This document shows positions 1 through 8,987 of a DNA stretch of 64,000 nucleotides, piece by piece. Source of the stretch: a virus (taxonomy: Duplodnaviria > Caudoviricetes); the IMG/VR virus record IMGVR_UViG_3300032272_000008, positions 8,928 to 72,927 of that record; one strand, written 5' to 3'. The notes beneath the pieces were generated by a model that was not told where the DNA came from, did no database searches, and saw nothing but the letters and a program-made list of their open reading frames with translations. The translations under genes and the position numbers were made by a program. Positions within the stretch are counted from its first letter, which is position 1; the number at the start of each line of letters is the position of its first letter.

Positions 1-686
1 TCGTTAGGATTAGTGACCTCGAACACATCCTCTGCTCGGCCTTTGCCGATAGCATAGATGTCCTCGTCGAACTCGATAACGAATGGCGTTATCTCATCAA
101 GCCAGGAGGCGTTGATGTAGAGTATGATCGAGAAGACCGGTTTCCACTGCGTCTTCTCGCGGATAAGACCCACCTGCATGTGCGTCTGGTAGTTGTGTTT
201 TTGTTTCTCGTCATTGATGTTGGTGAAAGGGTCGATGCTCTTGACTTCAAGGTTGATACAGTCGCTCTTGATGTCAGGGATGCGGATGATATGCTTCCTG
301 TACTTGACGACGACAGCTGCTCCCCAAGGAAGCCCTCGGATGAGACCATCGGGAGTAGCAGAGGCACGTCCGTCAACAAGCGTTGTCTGGTTTTCTCCTT
401 GATAGAGAAGTTCAAGTCCTTCCGGCAAGTGATTGGACACTGCTGGTACGACGAAGTTATTCTCGATGACATTGCCGCGCTCGGTCGCTCCCCATCGCTG
501 AGTGAAGTCGGCATCTTGTTCAAAGCCAAAGTCCTTACCCCGTTTCTTGAACCACGCTTCACGCAGGCATCCATAGACTTCAGACGCACCGACCGACTCG
601 CCACGATCATACATCCATTCTTTTGGATTAGCTTCTATGTAATCGTCGAAAACCTTCTGCAAGTCAAGTACAAATTCTTCGGCCAT
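1..686 (-). CDS. Cas4/YqaJ-like PD-(D/E)XK exonuclease (runs off the window start)
   Basis: Not in the ORF track because it has no stop in the window. Manual translation from ATG 686: MAEEFVLDLQKVFDDY...VGASEVYGCLREAWF...SATPDG...LEVKSID...YQTHMQ, which carries the nuclease motifs PD, ExK and YxxQ-like. Confidence 0.85.
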   Translation of the reverse strand, partial: MAEEFVLDLQKVFDDYIEANPKEWMYDRGESVGASEVYGCLREAWFKKRGKDFGFEQDADFTQRWGATERGNVIENNFVVPAVSNHLPEGLELLYQGENQTTLVDGRASATPDGLIRGLPWGAAVVVKYRKHIIRIPDIKSDCINLEVKSIDPFTNINDEKQKHNYQTHMQVGLIREKTQWKPVFSIILYINASWLDEITPFVIEFDEDIYAIGKGRAEDVFEVTNPN

Positions 687-692
687 GATAGA

Positions 693-2096
693 TTAAGCTT
701 TCTGTTTTGCCAGTTGTGCGCGGATCTCTGTCATCGACCGGCGTTTCTTTGGTTGTTTGAAGTAGGATTTGCTCAAAACCACGAGTTCATCCTTTGCGCG
801 GGTCACGCCGGTATAGAACCACTCAGGGAAGCCGTCCATGCGACGCGGGTACTCGCCGACCACACACACCTTCGGCCATTCAGAGCCTTGGGATTTGTGT
901 ACGGTGAGAGCGTACGGATACATCACCTTGACGCCCTTGCGCTCAGATTCGATGCGGGAATAAGTATCTTCTCGCTGATTGTCCATAAGCATCACGTTCG
1001 GAGGGATGAGGTCGCTAAGGCACAGGACGCAGCTATACTCCAGACCATTCTCAAGCTCGATTGTAGCCTTCGTCAGGTACGGGTTGGTCCGCTTCATGTA
1101 TTCGTCAGTGGCTTGGATCTCAACGATTTTCAATGGCTGTCCTTTGAAGATGCCGTCGTCGGCTTTGTTCTGGTCGAACAAAAGTTCTTCACCGGGCATT
1201 GGCCGCAGCTGATCACCGTCAGGAAGTGACACGTAGTCAAAGCCTTTTGCAAGCCGTATGGCGAGGTTCAGGTGGTGCCGCGTGACGTTCTTCCACACAA
1301 GCACTTGATGATCCTTGGCGTATTCCAAGACGGTAGCGATGCCTTCATCGTCGCTGTACGTCAAGTCAGCAGAGGCTGCGAAGGTCTCGATGTCCACAGC
1401 GCCGTTGCCGCGTACGTTGTGCGCGACTTTGATAATCCCAGAGCCTTCAGCCTGTCGGTGGATTTCAGTCAGCTTGATGTCAGGATTGGCGAGATCGATT
1501 GCAGGACGATCCTGTACAGGTGGGAGCTGTCCGTAGTCGCCGAAGTAGATCTTCGGAACCTTGATGTTGTTGATGAACGGACGCATCATCGTGTCCTGTC
1601 CAATCATGGAAGCCTCGTCGCAGATCAGGCAATCGAAGAATTCATAGAAGTCTTCCGGGTCGATCGCTTGGAAAGACATCTTGCTCTTGTTGCCATACTT
1701 GTCTGCCAGGTCTTGGAGGTTTTCCCACTCAGCTAGGAGTTCAGCGCGCATGTGAGGACGTGCCATCATGTCAGCTTTGCAGACTTCCATGCGCGCGTTG
1801 ATCTCTTTCAGATGATCGACAGGATTGTCTGTCAAGACTGAATGAAGGGTGCGCGCCTTAAAGTAGTCCTGCTTACCACTGATCACGTGAGCTGCTTTTC
1901 CAGTTGGTGCGCAGACAGCAGGACGGAAGCCTTGTTCTTTCATGCGGCGGACCAGTTCGATCAAGGTCACGGTCTTGCCGGTGCCCGCGAGACCTGACAC
2001 TGTGAAATGGTTTTCTCCGTCGCCTTCTTCAAGGTACTCCAGAGCCATTCCTATCGCTAGGTCTTGTTCTGCGTTGAGTGTGATTGCGTCGGACAT
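693..2096 (-). CDS. RecD/Dda-like SF1B DNA helicase
   Basis: Walker A GLAGTGKT, DEASM, GDYGQLPPV, YALTVHKSQGSEW, YTGVTRAK. Confidence 0.93.
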   Translation of the reverse strand: MSDAITLNAEQDLAIGMALEYLEEGDGENHFTVSGLAGTGKTVTLIELVRRMKEQGFRPAVCAPTGKAAHVISGKQDYFKARTLHSVLTDNPVDHLKEINARMEVCKADMMARPHMRAELLAEWENLQDLADKYGNKSKMSFQAIDPEDFYEFFDCLICDEASMIGQDTMMRPFINNIKVPKIYFGDYGQLPPVQDRPAIDLANPDIKLTEIHRQAEGSGIIKVAHNVRGNGAVDIETFAASADLTYSDDEGIATVLEYAKDHQVLVWKNVTRHHLNLAIRLAKGFDYVSLPDGDQLRPMPGEELLFDQNKADDGIFKGQPLKIVEIQATDEYMKRTNPYLTKATIELENGLEYSCVLCLSDLIPPNVMLMDNQREDTYSRIESERKGVKVMYPYALTVHKSQGSEWPKVCVVGEYPRRMDGFPEWFYTGVTRAKDELVVLSKSYFKQPKKRRSMTEIRAQLAKQKA

Positions 2097-2191
2097 CGTG
2101 GAATTCCCTTTGTATAAACTTTGTATTCGGTGCGGTATGATGGGTTCTACCTGGAACCCATTGCATGGTCACGTACAAACGTGATCATTGG

Positions 2192-4228
2192 TTAATGGCA
2201 CTCAGCCCAGTTGTGGCCGATCTTGAATTCCGCACCGATTGGACAGCTCATTCCAAAACTCGATCCAGCGTCCGCAGCAGCTTCAATACAGAGCGCTGCA
2301 AACTCTTCGGCAACTTCCGAACGAGCCGCTGACTGAATTTCGTCGTGTACAAAGGCAAGCATTGCGAAGTCACCATGCCATCCATGATTGAGTCCTTCAG
2401 CCATTGCATAGTCTTCTGTGAAGACGAGCCAGCGTTTGGCAATAAGAGCACCGGCTCCTTGCAGTCGTGTGTTGAGAGCAGCATGTTCAGATCGGATAGG
2501 GACTTTGCGTCCGTCGAGACCATAGATGAATCCTTTCTGCGCCTGGGCTTGTGTTTCCTTGATCACGCTGTTGAGCGCGGGCAGACCGTCCATCAATTGC
2601 TGACGGAAGCGTCGGCCAGCTTCAGCCCACTGACTTGAGTCCAAGTCCGCTGCAATAGTCGCGCCAATCTTTGGATCACCCGCGCCATACAGCAGCCCGT
2701 ATAGCCCGCGCTTTATCGTACTGCGGCTGTCGATACCAGTTTTCGACATGTTGTACGCGTGGATGTCCTGGCCGCTCGCAATCACTTCGATCATTTCGCC
2801 ACCGTCGTATGGAGACATCGCGTCTGCCAGACAACGGAACTCGATACCTGATAAGTCTGCGCCAACTTGCACCCATGGTTCACCTTCAACGGTTTCAGGA
2901 ACATAAAACAGCGAGCGACATTCGTATCCGTACTTGCCTTTGAGGCCAAGTATTGGATGATCATCTTTGTCCAGTTGCACCGAGGGCACCTGTCCAAGGT
3001 TCGGGCCATGATGGGACGCGCGGCCAGTGACAGTGCCGCCGATGTTGATGTAGCAGTGGACCGCGCCGGTCTCTTTGTCGAATTTTTTGATCCAGGCTTC
3101 AGAACCGTTCGAGATATAGCCCAACAGTTTTTGCAGCTGGAAGATGTCCGCAAGTTCGTTGCAGATAGGATGGCGTTCACCCATGGCGCGCAGAACGGTG
3201 TCGTCAACGGACGGACGCCCTGTCTTGGTCCACTCAGTCGGGTGCCACGCAAAATCGTCTGTGAGGAAGTCTATGACCTGATCTCGCGACGTTGGCGAGA
3301 AGGGTTTCCACTTCATCTTGCAGTAGGCACCACCAGCTGTCCGGTCACCACGCTTGGTAGGATCTTTTGATTTGGCATCCTTCTTCGGGATGGTAATTTC
3401 CGCCCACCACTTGCGTGAGTAATCTTCTCCCCACTCTTCACGTGGCGGCTTGTAAGCCTTCTTCGCCTGGAGACCTTTTGGATCATTCCAGAGGGGACTT
3501 ATCACGTACTTTTTTTCCGCTGCGAACGCGCCGCATCTTTTTTCGACGACGGCTTGGACTTTCACCGCCATTTCGGATTGTAACTTTTGGGCGAGTACCT
3601 CGGCCTCCGCCAGCTTGAAAGGGAAGCCGGTATGCTCCATGTAGGTGACAACTTCTTGTGTCGCCTGTTCCATGTCGATCGTGTCGAGCGAGACGTTATG
3701 CTTCTCGATGAAATTCCAGAGCAGAATGTTGACGTCGATATCGTTCTCACAATAGTCGTCCATCTCCTGATTCCATTCGGACCAAGGGTCGAGACCTTTT
3801 GCCTGCATCTCTTTCGCATAGTCGCCCTTGCGCTTGCCAAGACGATAGCCCCACGAGTCGAGTGAATGCTTGCCGATCATCTTTGCAGGCAGTCGGCCTT
3901 GCTTATTCGCGGCGAAGTCCAGTGGCTTGAAATCGATCGGGAGCAAGCGCACCATGACAAGCGTGTCGCGGATCTCGATGTCTCCTGCATGGAAGTGCGG
4001 GTAGACGATGGCCACGGCCTTGATGTCGAAGCCGATGATGTTGTGGCCAATCCACATGTCAGCTGCTTCCAGCATAGCCACGCCGTCGGCGATGTCGTTG
4101 CCAGCCTTGTTGTTTCGGAAGGCAAACTTCTCAAGCGTGTCCACGTCAATGATGTGCAGGCAATGGATTCGATCCATCGTCGGCAGGAGACCGTTCGTCT
4201 CCACGTCCCATAATAATCTACGTCCCAT
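2192..4228 (-). CDS. polA: T7-like family A DNA polymerase with 3'-5' exonuclease domain
   Basis: ExoI WDVETNGL, motif A GADLSGIEFR, motif B KRGLYGLLYG, HAALNTRLQGAGA, motif C VHDEIQ. Confidence 0.97.
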   Translation of the reverse strand: MGRRLLWDVETNGLLPTMDRIHCLHIIDVDTLEKFAFRNNKAGNDIADGVAMLEAADMWIGHNIIGFDIKAVAIVYPHFHAGDIEIRDTLVMVRLLPIDFKPLDFAANKQGRLPAKMIGKHSLDSWGYRLGKRKGDYAKEMQAKGLDPWSEWNQEMDDYCENDIDVNILLWNFIEKHNVSLDTIDMEQATQEVVTYMEHTGFPFKLAEAEVLAQKLQSEMAVKVQAVVEKRCGAFAAEKKYVISPLWNDPKGLQAKKAYKPPREEWGEDYSRKWWAEITIPKKDAKSKDPTKRGDRTAGGAYCKMKWKPFSPTSRDQVIDFLTDDFAWHPTEWTKTGRPSVDDTVLRAMGERHPICNELADIFQLQKLLGYISNGSEAWIKKFDKETGAVHCYINIGGTVTGRASHHGPNLGQVPSVQLDKDDHPILGLKGKYGYECRSLFYVPETVEGEPWVQVGADLSGIEFRCLADAMSPYDGGEMIEVIASGQDIHAYNMSKTGIDSRSTIKRGLYGLLYGAGDPKIGATIAADLDSSQWAEAGRRFRQQLMDGLPALNSVIKETQAQAQKGFIYGLDGRKVPIRSEHAALNTRLQGAGALIAKRWLVFTEDYAMAEGLNHGWHGDFAMLAFVHDEIQSAARSEVAEEFAALCIEAAADAGSSFGMSCPIGAEFKIGHNWAECH

Positions 4229-4229
4229 G

Positions 4230-4475
4230 TCAGGTTCCTCGATACTTAGGATGCGTAATTGCAGCCTCTATCATTTCCATTGCAAGCAGGCGGTTCGTAT
4301 GTTGTGACCTTGTAGTGTTCACACACGCCTCTATGTCACCCGGAAGGTATGTGACCTTGATACCAGACGGACCACTGCCGACGTGCTGTCCGCCACGGTT
4401 GAAGCCGAAGGGCCAGGACTCAATCTTCAAGTGTTTTGGATCTATCAATGTCAGGTTCCTCATATTGGGCGTCAC
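4230..4475 (-). CDS. Minimal class I release factor (RF-1/GGQ) domain protein; true start may be TTG 4448
   Basis: IDPKHLKIESW...RGGQHVG...SGIKVTYLPGDI...RSQHTNRLLAMEMI aligns by eye to release-factor domain 3 (GGQHVN...SAVRITHLPTGI...RSQHKNK.KAL). Confidence 0.85.
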   Translation of the reverse strand: MTPNMRNLTLIDPKHLKIESWPFGFNRGGQHVGSGPSGIKVTYLPGDIEACVNTTRSQHTNRLLAMEMIEAAITHPKYRGT

Positions 4476-4581
4476 ACTTTGGGCAACAGTTGTTATCGTT
4501 CAACTCACCGTCACCCCGGCAGTGGTCGCATCCAAAGTCGTCGTCTTCAATTGATACACCCCAGGCTTCGATGTCAGGCAC
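4420..4581 (-). CDS. Small acidic Zn-ribbon protein (53 aa)
   Basis: AGGAG RBS then GTG: MPDIEAWGVSIEDDDFGCDHCRGDGELNDNNCCPKCDAQYEEPDIDRSKTLED; CxxC...CxxC. Fills the gap between two genes; below the ORF-track cutoff. Confidence 0.65.
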   Translation of the reverse strand: MPDIEAWGVSIEDDDFGCDHCRGDGELNDNNCCPKCDAQYEEPDIDRSKTLED

Positions 4582-4590
4582 TTCTGTCTC

Positions 4591-6207
4591 CTATCGTTGA
4601 GCGCACCACTTCTGGCCACGCATTGTTACAATCGTTCGCTTGCCGTTCGAGTATGTTACAATGTGAGAATGGTTCCAGCCGGTCAGTCCGCCTCGATTAT
4701 ATCCTTGATCGCGGGTACAGGAATGCCCCGCAAGATAGATGCCTTCATATATGCCTGCACCATGCTTGTCAGCGATGTTGGCTTTAGGACCCATCTTGGA
4801 AAATGATTTGATGTGCCCCTTTGCCCCGTTGGCACCTTTGTCACCGTGTAGCGCGTTCTCGATGTTGCCGCAAATAACAAATGATCCGGTGTTCGGAATG
4901 AACTGCACATTGTCGAGGTCATAGTCCTGCTTTCTGATGCCCCACTCAGCGGCGAGGAAGTTGTCTTCACGTTTCTTGATTGCTTTGTAGTAGGCAGTCT
5001 GTGCTTCAAGAAAGAACAATGCGTTGGCTGGATCGAAGCGGGTGTCGGCGGTCTTGAGCCACTTCTCGAATGCACGGTCATGATTACTGTCGATGACGAT
5101 GGACTCGCAGAACTCACGCTGAGTGCCTTCTAAGAAGCGTGCTGCATTGATGAACTCACCTTCGACGTTTGACTTGCCGTTGATGTGCATCTTGTACCAG
5201 TGATGCGGGTCCTTGACGTTGTGATGGTTGCGTCGGCGGAAGTCAATCACATCATGGAAGAATTGGTAAACCGGTTTCAACGTATCGAGCATATTATCTT
5301 CAACCATGACGATGCTGCTGAACTCAGAGTCGTATCCCCACGATCCGATCGCCGTATCGTAGTCCAATGTTTCCGCGTGGATGTCGCCCCAGGTAATCGC
5401 CTCAACAATTCCGCTACCCTCTGTAATGGCTCCGTCTGCCACATAGTTGTTCAGATCACAGAACGCACCATCTTTGTCAGCCGCGAGGTGGCGACAGAAG
5501 AAGTCACCTTCACTATCGATCTCAACGAGCACTGCGCCGATGACGTGATGGAATTCGGCTTTGATGCCAGCCTTCTGTTGAAGGTAGTTCGGCAACGTGA
5601 CGGCACCGGTTGTCATGATGATCTTTGGGTCGTCATGGAGCCGCGTGGGGACGCTTTCGAGAACCACCTTCGGGTGAGGAAGGATGGCCCACTTTTCACG
5701 CGTGTACGTCTGAAAACCAGATAGGGGATCGGTTGCAGTCGGTAGCGTGTTCATCTCACCGCAGAAGACCAACCGGCCATCGACATCGAACCGTTCATTG
5801 GAGATGTAGTCGGCGATGTCTGGGTGATAGATCGAGACGATGTTCTTGTCTTCGCGCGCCGTCGCCTGCATGTTGTAGGTGAAGCCGCTGATGTGGATGT
5901 TAGCATTCAAGTGGGCTGCGTATGCTTTAAGGTTCTCCATGAAGCCTTCGTGCACTGCGGTGTGGGCCTGGGCCGATGAGAAGATCCAGGTTTTGACAGC
6001 TGCGCCCCGCCGAGGCTTCTTTAGAGCCACCGGCTTGTTCTGGTTTTTCGTGGTGTAGGAGGCGGTAATTTTACGGTGTCGGCGTTGGAAAGTGACGCGG
6101 GCTATACCTAATCCCGTGGCGGCTTTGTTGAGACTGCCGTACGTCTTGACAGCTTCGAGGACTTCAGCGTCTGACATTTTCGCCAGAACAGGATGTGGAG
6201 CGGCCAT
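4591..6207 (-). CDS. N-terminal HTH plus calcineurin-like metallophosphoesterase, resembling the T5 A1 family
   Basis: Metal-binding motifs WGDIH, FFHD, DSNHD, HGD, GHS; HTH-like YGSLNKAATGLGIARVTF. The A1 similarity is from memory. Confidence 0.7.
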   Translation of the reverse strand: MAAPHPVLAKMSDAEVLEAVKTYGSLNKAATGLGIARVTFQRRHRKITASYTTKNQNKPVALKKPRRGAAVKTWIFSSAQAHTAVHEGFMENLKAYAAHLNANIHISGFTYNMQATAREDKNIVSIYHPDIADYISNERFDVDGRLVFCGEMNTLPTATDPLSGFQTYTREKWAILPHPKVVLESVPTRLHDDPKIIMTTGAVTLPNYLQQKAGIKAEFHHVIGAVLVEIDSEGDFFCRHLAADKDGAFCDLNNYVADGAITEGSGIVEAITWGDIHAETLDYDTAIGSWGYDSEFSSIVMVEDNMLDTLKPVYQFFHDVIDFRRRNHHNVKDPHHWYKMHINGKSNVEGEFINAARFLEGTQREFCESIVIDSNHDRAFEKWLKTADTRFDPANALFFLEAQTAYYKAIKKREDNFLAAEWGIRKQDYDLDNVQFIPNTGSFVICGNIENALHGDKGANGAKGHIKSFSKMGPKANIADKHGAGIYEGIYLAGHSCTRDQGYNRGGLTGWNHSHIVTYSNGKRTIVTMRGQKWCAQR

Positions 6208-6267
6208 GTATTTTGTCCTTCTTATTTCAATGCGTTGGGTATATCACGTCATAGGGCCACCTGCAAG

Positions 6268-7893
6268 CTACAGGTATTTCTGGCCCATCATACGGTCAAT
6301 GTTCTGCTGTCTCACGTCGAGTATTTCCACAAGTTCGGCCTCGATAGAATCCTCAATGACAAGGCGGTATACTGCGATTGGATTGAGCTTTGTAGGTAGC
6401 CACGGTCTCTCTTCGGCCTGATCGTATTCAGAGGGCACTGCTCTAGCAAACTCTGCAATGACAACGACGTCGGATGCGGACAGTTCGATGGCTTCGGACA
6501 TAGACTGGAGGTTTCCAACAATGATTCGACATGTTGGATCAGTCTGGAAACGTACTCGCTCTGCTTCGCGCTGAGAGGTTGACATGCCTCCGTATACTCG
6601 TGCGATAGTCTCAGGCGCAAATGCATCGTAGAACTTCTCAAGGGGTTCTCGGTGGTGATAGAAGACGATGACCTTGGGTTCAGTTTCAAGAATTTCGTTG
6701 ATGACATCGACGACCATATCGACTTTTCTGAGAGCCAATTCACGACGGGCAACTGGCCCTTTCCCTTCGACCATTCCGACATCATCAAGCGTAACGTCTC
6801 CGAGCTTATCTTCGCCACCGGCATTTAACATCTCTCTTAGTTTGTCCAAATTCTGTTGGAAAGCCGAGCGCTCTGTAGCGAGCAGGCGGGATAAACCAGT
6901 CTTTGGCAACAAAATAGTCTGACGTAGTGGAGGCAATTCTTCTAACACGTCGCCCTTCTCGCGGCGTATCATAAAGGTTTTCCTTAGATAGAATTGCAAG
7001 TCCTCTTCGTTTGAAGACCCGCTTGTATCGAGTCCAAACGCGCCCTTGAACGCGTTGCAATACTTGTAGATGTAGCTTTTCCAGTTGGACCCTAAACCGC
7101 TTTTGTCGAGCTTTTCGATCATAGGCCACAGCTGGATTGGTCGTGTAAAGATCGGGGTTCCAGTGAGACATATGAAGTGTTCCTTCGCTTTGATCTTCTG
7201 GTCGCGTTTCTTGCCCTTGACCGGCTTGCCAAAGGTTATCTTTGTGCGCTTGGATTTTGGATTGCCAAGCTTATGTGTCTCATCGCTGATCACGACATCC
7301 CAATCGATCGACGTGAGATAGTCGAAGTGCTTTTCGAGTAGCTCGAAATTGATGACCAGGAAGTCCGTCTCAGGATTGTTCGGTCCTTCGCAGTATCCCA
7401 CACTCATGTCATGAACAAGCCACTCCTTCGCTTCACGGACCCAGCCCACCTTCGCGTTTGCGGGAACAACCGCCAGAACGCGTCGTGGTCGGTCGGTTTC
7501 GGGGAGTAGATTGATGACGCCGAGAGTTTGGATGGTTTTGCCAAGGCGTGGGACATCAGCGTTGAGTGAGCCCCAGCGCGACGCCATGAAGGCGATTCCT
7601 GCTTTTTGATAGTCACGGTATTCCCTTCCTGGTGGTGCGGGCACTTGGATGTCCGAAGTTACCGCAAGGCTCTCAGCGACAGCTTCTCGCTTGATGTTGA
7701 TGAATTTAGAGACAACTATAGCTGTCCCGTCGTCGCAGAACTCCAAAAAAGGAACCACGCGTTCAATCTTACTTGTCCTCGCTTCGTCTCTGATCTTCAA
7801 ATGAAGCCAGCCTTTGCTTTTCAGTTCAAGCAACTTCTCGGGCGATCCGGTCGCAAAGAACCGGCCACCTTTATGTGTGATCTGGAGGGTCAT
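6268..7893 (-). CDS. SNF2-family (SF2) helicase
   Basis: DVPRLGKT, VISDETH, LTGTPI, MIRREK, YDQAEER motifs. Confidence 0.92.
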   Translation of the reverse strand: MTLQITHKGGRFFATGSPEKLLELKSKGWLHLKIRDEARTSKIERVVPFLEFCDDGTAIVVSKFINIKREAVAESLAVTSDIQVPAPPGREYRDYQKAGIAFMASRWGSLNADVPRLGKTIQTLGVINLLPETDRPRRVLAVVPANAKVGWVREAKEWLVHDMSVGYCEGPNNPETDFLVINFELLEKHFDYLTSIDWDVVISDETHKLGNPKSKRTKITFGKPVKGKKRDQKIKAKEHFICLTGTPIFTRPIQLWPMIEKLDKSGLGSNWKSYIYKYCNAFKGAFGLDTSGSSNEEDLQFYLRKTFMIRREKGDVLEELPPLRQTILLPKTGLSRLLATERSAFQQNLDKLREMLNAGGEDKLGDVTLDDVGMVEGKGPVARRELALRKVDMVVDVINEILETEPKVIVFYHHREPLEKFYDAFAPETIARVYGGMSTSQREAERVRFQTDPTCRIIVGNLQSMSEAIELSASDVVVIAEFARAVPSEYDQAEERPWLPTKLNPIAVYRLVIEDSIEAELVEILDVRQQNIDRMMGQKYL

Positions 7894-7942
7894 GTTACCT
7901 TGAATGCACCTAAAGGCACTTTATGTTACCTTGAGGTAACAT
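7892..7942. promoter_or_regulatory. Operator-like inverted repeat plus half-site upstream of the SNF2 gene
   Basis: ATGTTACCT-TG-AGGTAACAT (7923-7942); ATGTTACCTTGA repeated at 7892-7903. Confidence 0.5.
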
Positions 7943-7944
7943 TT

Positions 7945-8229
7945 TCAGTTGGCTGGGAGGATGTAATAGCGCCCTTGGATGCGCTCGACATTGTAGCGCT
8001 TGTAGAACACGCCCACTTTACAAGTCACACGAATGCGTCCCATCCCCGCTGATTCGAGTTTGTGGATGCTGTCACAGCGGTAGCCGTCAGCTACGATTTC
8101 TTTTCTGAGACTTGCGTAGGCTTTGGCAGGGTATGCGAATGCGATCCCCACGATGCAGACGACGCAAACGATGGCCAGAACGACAGCGTAGAAGGGAGGT
8201 TTCGGCCTGACATAATATTTCGATTCCAT
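7945..8229 (-). CDS. Small secreted/membrane protein
   Basis: Hydrophobic N-terminal helix ending AYPAKA, then a two-Cys small domain. Confidence 0.7.
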   Translation of the reverse strand: MESKYYVRPKPPFYAVVLAIVCVVCIVGIAFAYPAKAYASLRKEIVADGYRCDSIHKLESAGMGRIRVTCKVGVFYKRYNVERIQGRYYILPAN

Positions 8230-8250
8230 GGAGGTATTCCTTTCGATAGT

Positions 8251-8523
8251 CTATTCAGATGGACGGGAGATAGCAACCATGAGCTGCGCGTACATACGAG
8301 CCATGCTTGCAGTGAGGGGGTTGTGCGCAGAGTCCACGATCGTTTTCCACGTGGTTTCAGTTACCAGCTCTTTACCGGACTCGATGTGTCGCAGCGTTTG
8401 TTTCACGCCACCGACTTCAATGGTCTGCGTGAGAGCGAAATAGGGGTACAGCAAACGCCGACGCTGGGCAAACAATGCTGCGTTTTGGAGCTGATCGTGT
8501 AGGTCTGTTCGGCGGTCGTCCAT
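8251..8523 (-). CDS. Hypothetical protein
   Basis: Co-oriented ORF in a tightly packed operon. Confidence 0.55.
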   Translation of the reverse strand: MDDRRTDLHDQLQNAALFAQRRRLLYPYFALTQTIEVGGVKQTLRHIESGKELVTETTWKTIVDSAHNPLTASMARMYAQLMVAISRPSE

Positions 8524-8644
8524 GACTTAATACCTTTCTTTGGATTTGTGACACGGAATACCCCGCATCGAGCAACAGTCTTTCACCTTCACTGTATTTG
8601 ATCAAGCCTTGTTTGATGTTTCGGATGATCTGTTCTTCTGACAC
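8417..8644 (-). CDS. Hypothetical protein
   Basis: Start overlaps the upstream stop; long 3' overlap with the next ORF lowers confidence. Confidence 0.45.
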   Translation of the reverse strand: MSEEQIIRNIKQGLIKYSEGERLLLDAGYSVSQIQRKVLSHGRPPNRPTRSAPKRSIVCPASAFAVPLFRSHADH

Positions 8645-8880
8645 TACGGTTGGCTCACTGTCAGATGGTGGGGCACGACGGACTTGCCTGCAAAGGTCAG
8701 GATGATCACCTCACCACGCTTCAGTCTATCCAGTTCGAGTGGGTTCGGGCGATAGGCGAACTCGACGCCATCTCCACCAACATAGCCGGAAATTGTTTTG
8801 CACGGACCAAACTTGGCTTCGTCCCAGTTTCCTGGAGGACCAAATTCTACGTTGTCTTGTTCACGTCGGATGGGTTTCAT
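8644..8880 (-). CDS. Hypothetical phage protein
   Basis: AGGAG RBS before MKPIRREQDNVEFGPPGNWDE. Confidence 0.7.
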   Translation of the reverse strand: MKPIRREQDNVEFGPPGNWDEAKFGPCKTISGYVGGDGVEFAYRPNPLELDRLKRGEVIILTFAGKSVVPHHLTVSQP

Positions 8881-8987
8881 GGGAAACTCCTGTGTCTTGA
8901 GTAAAGGTCGGGAGAGGCAGGTATAGGCGACCAAACCCTCTGCACTCTCCCTTGCGCGAGGGAAAGGAATTAAACCTCGCGCTGTTC

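Noticed and set aside
89-610. 173-aa minus-strand ORF in the track
   Set aside because: Wrong frame; the real gene is the overlapping nuclease frame starting at 686 and running off the window.
180-1229. 349-aa plus-strand ORF and the many other long antisense ORFs (e.g. 17923-18981, 9624-10427, 62241-63002)
   Set aside because: Shadow ORFs opposite well-supported genes, with no motifs or RBS.
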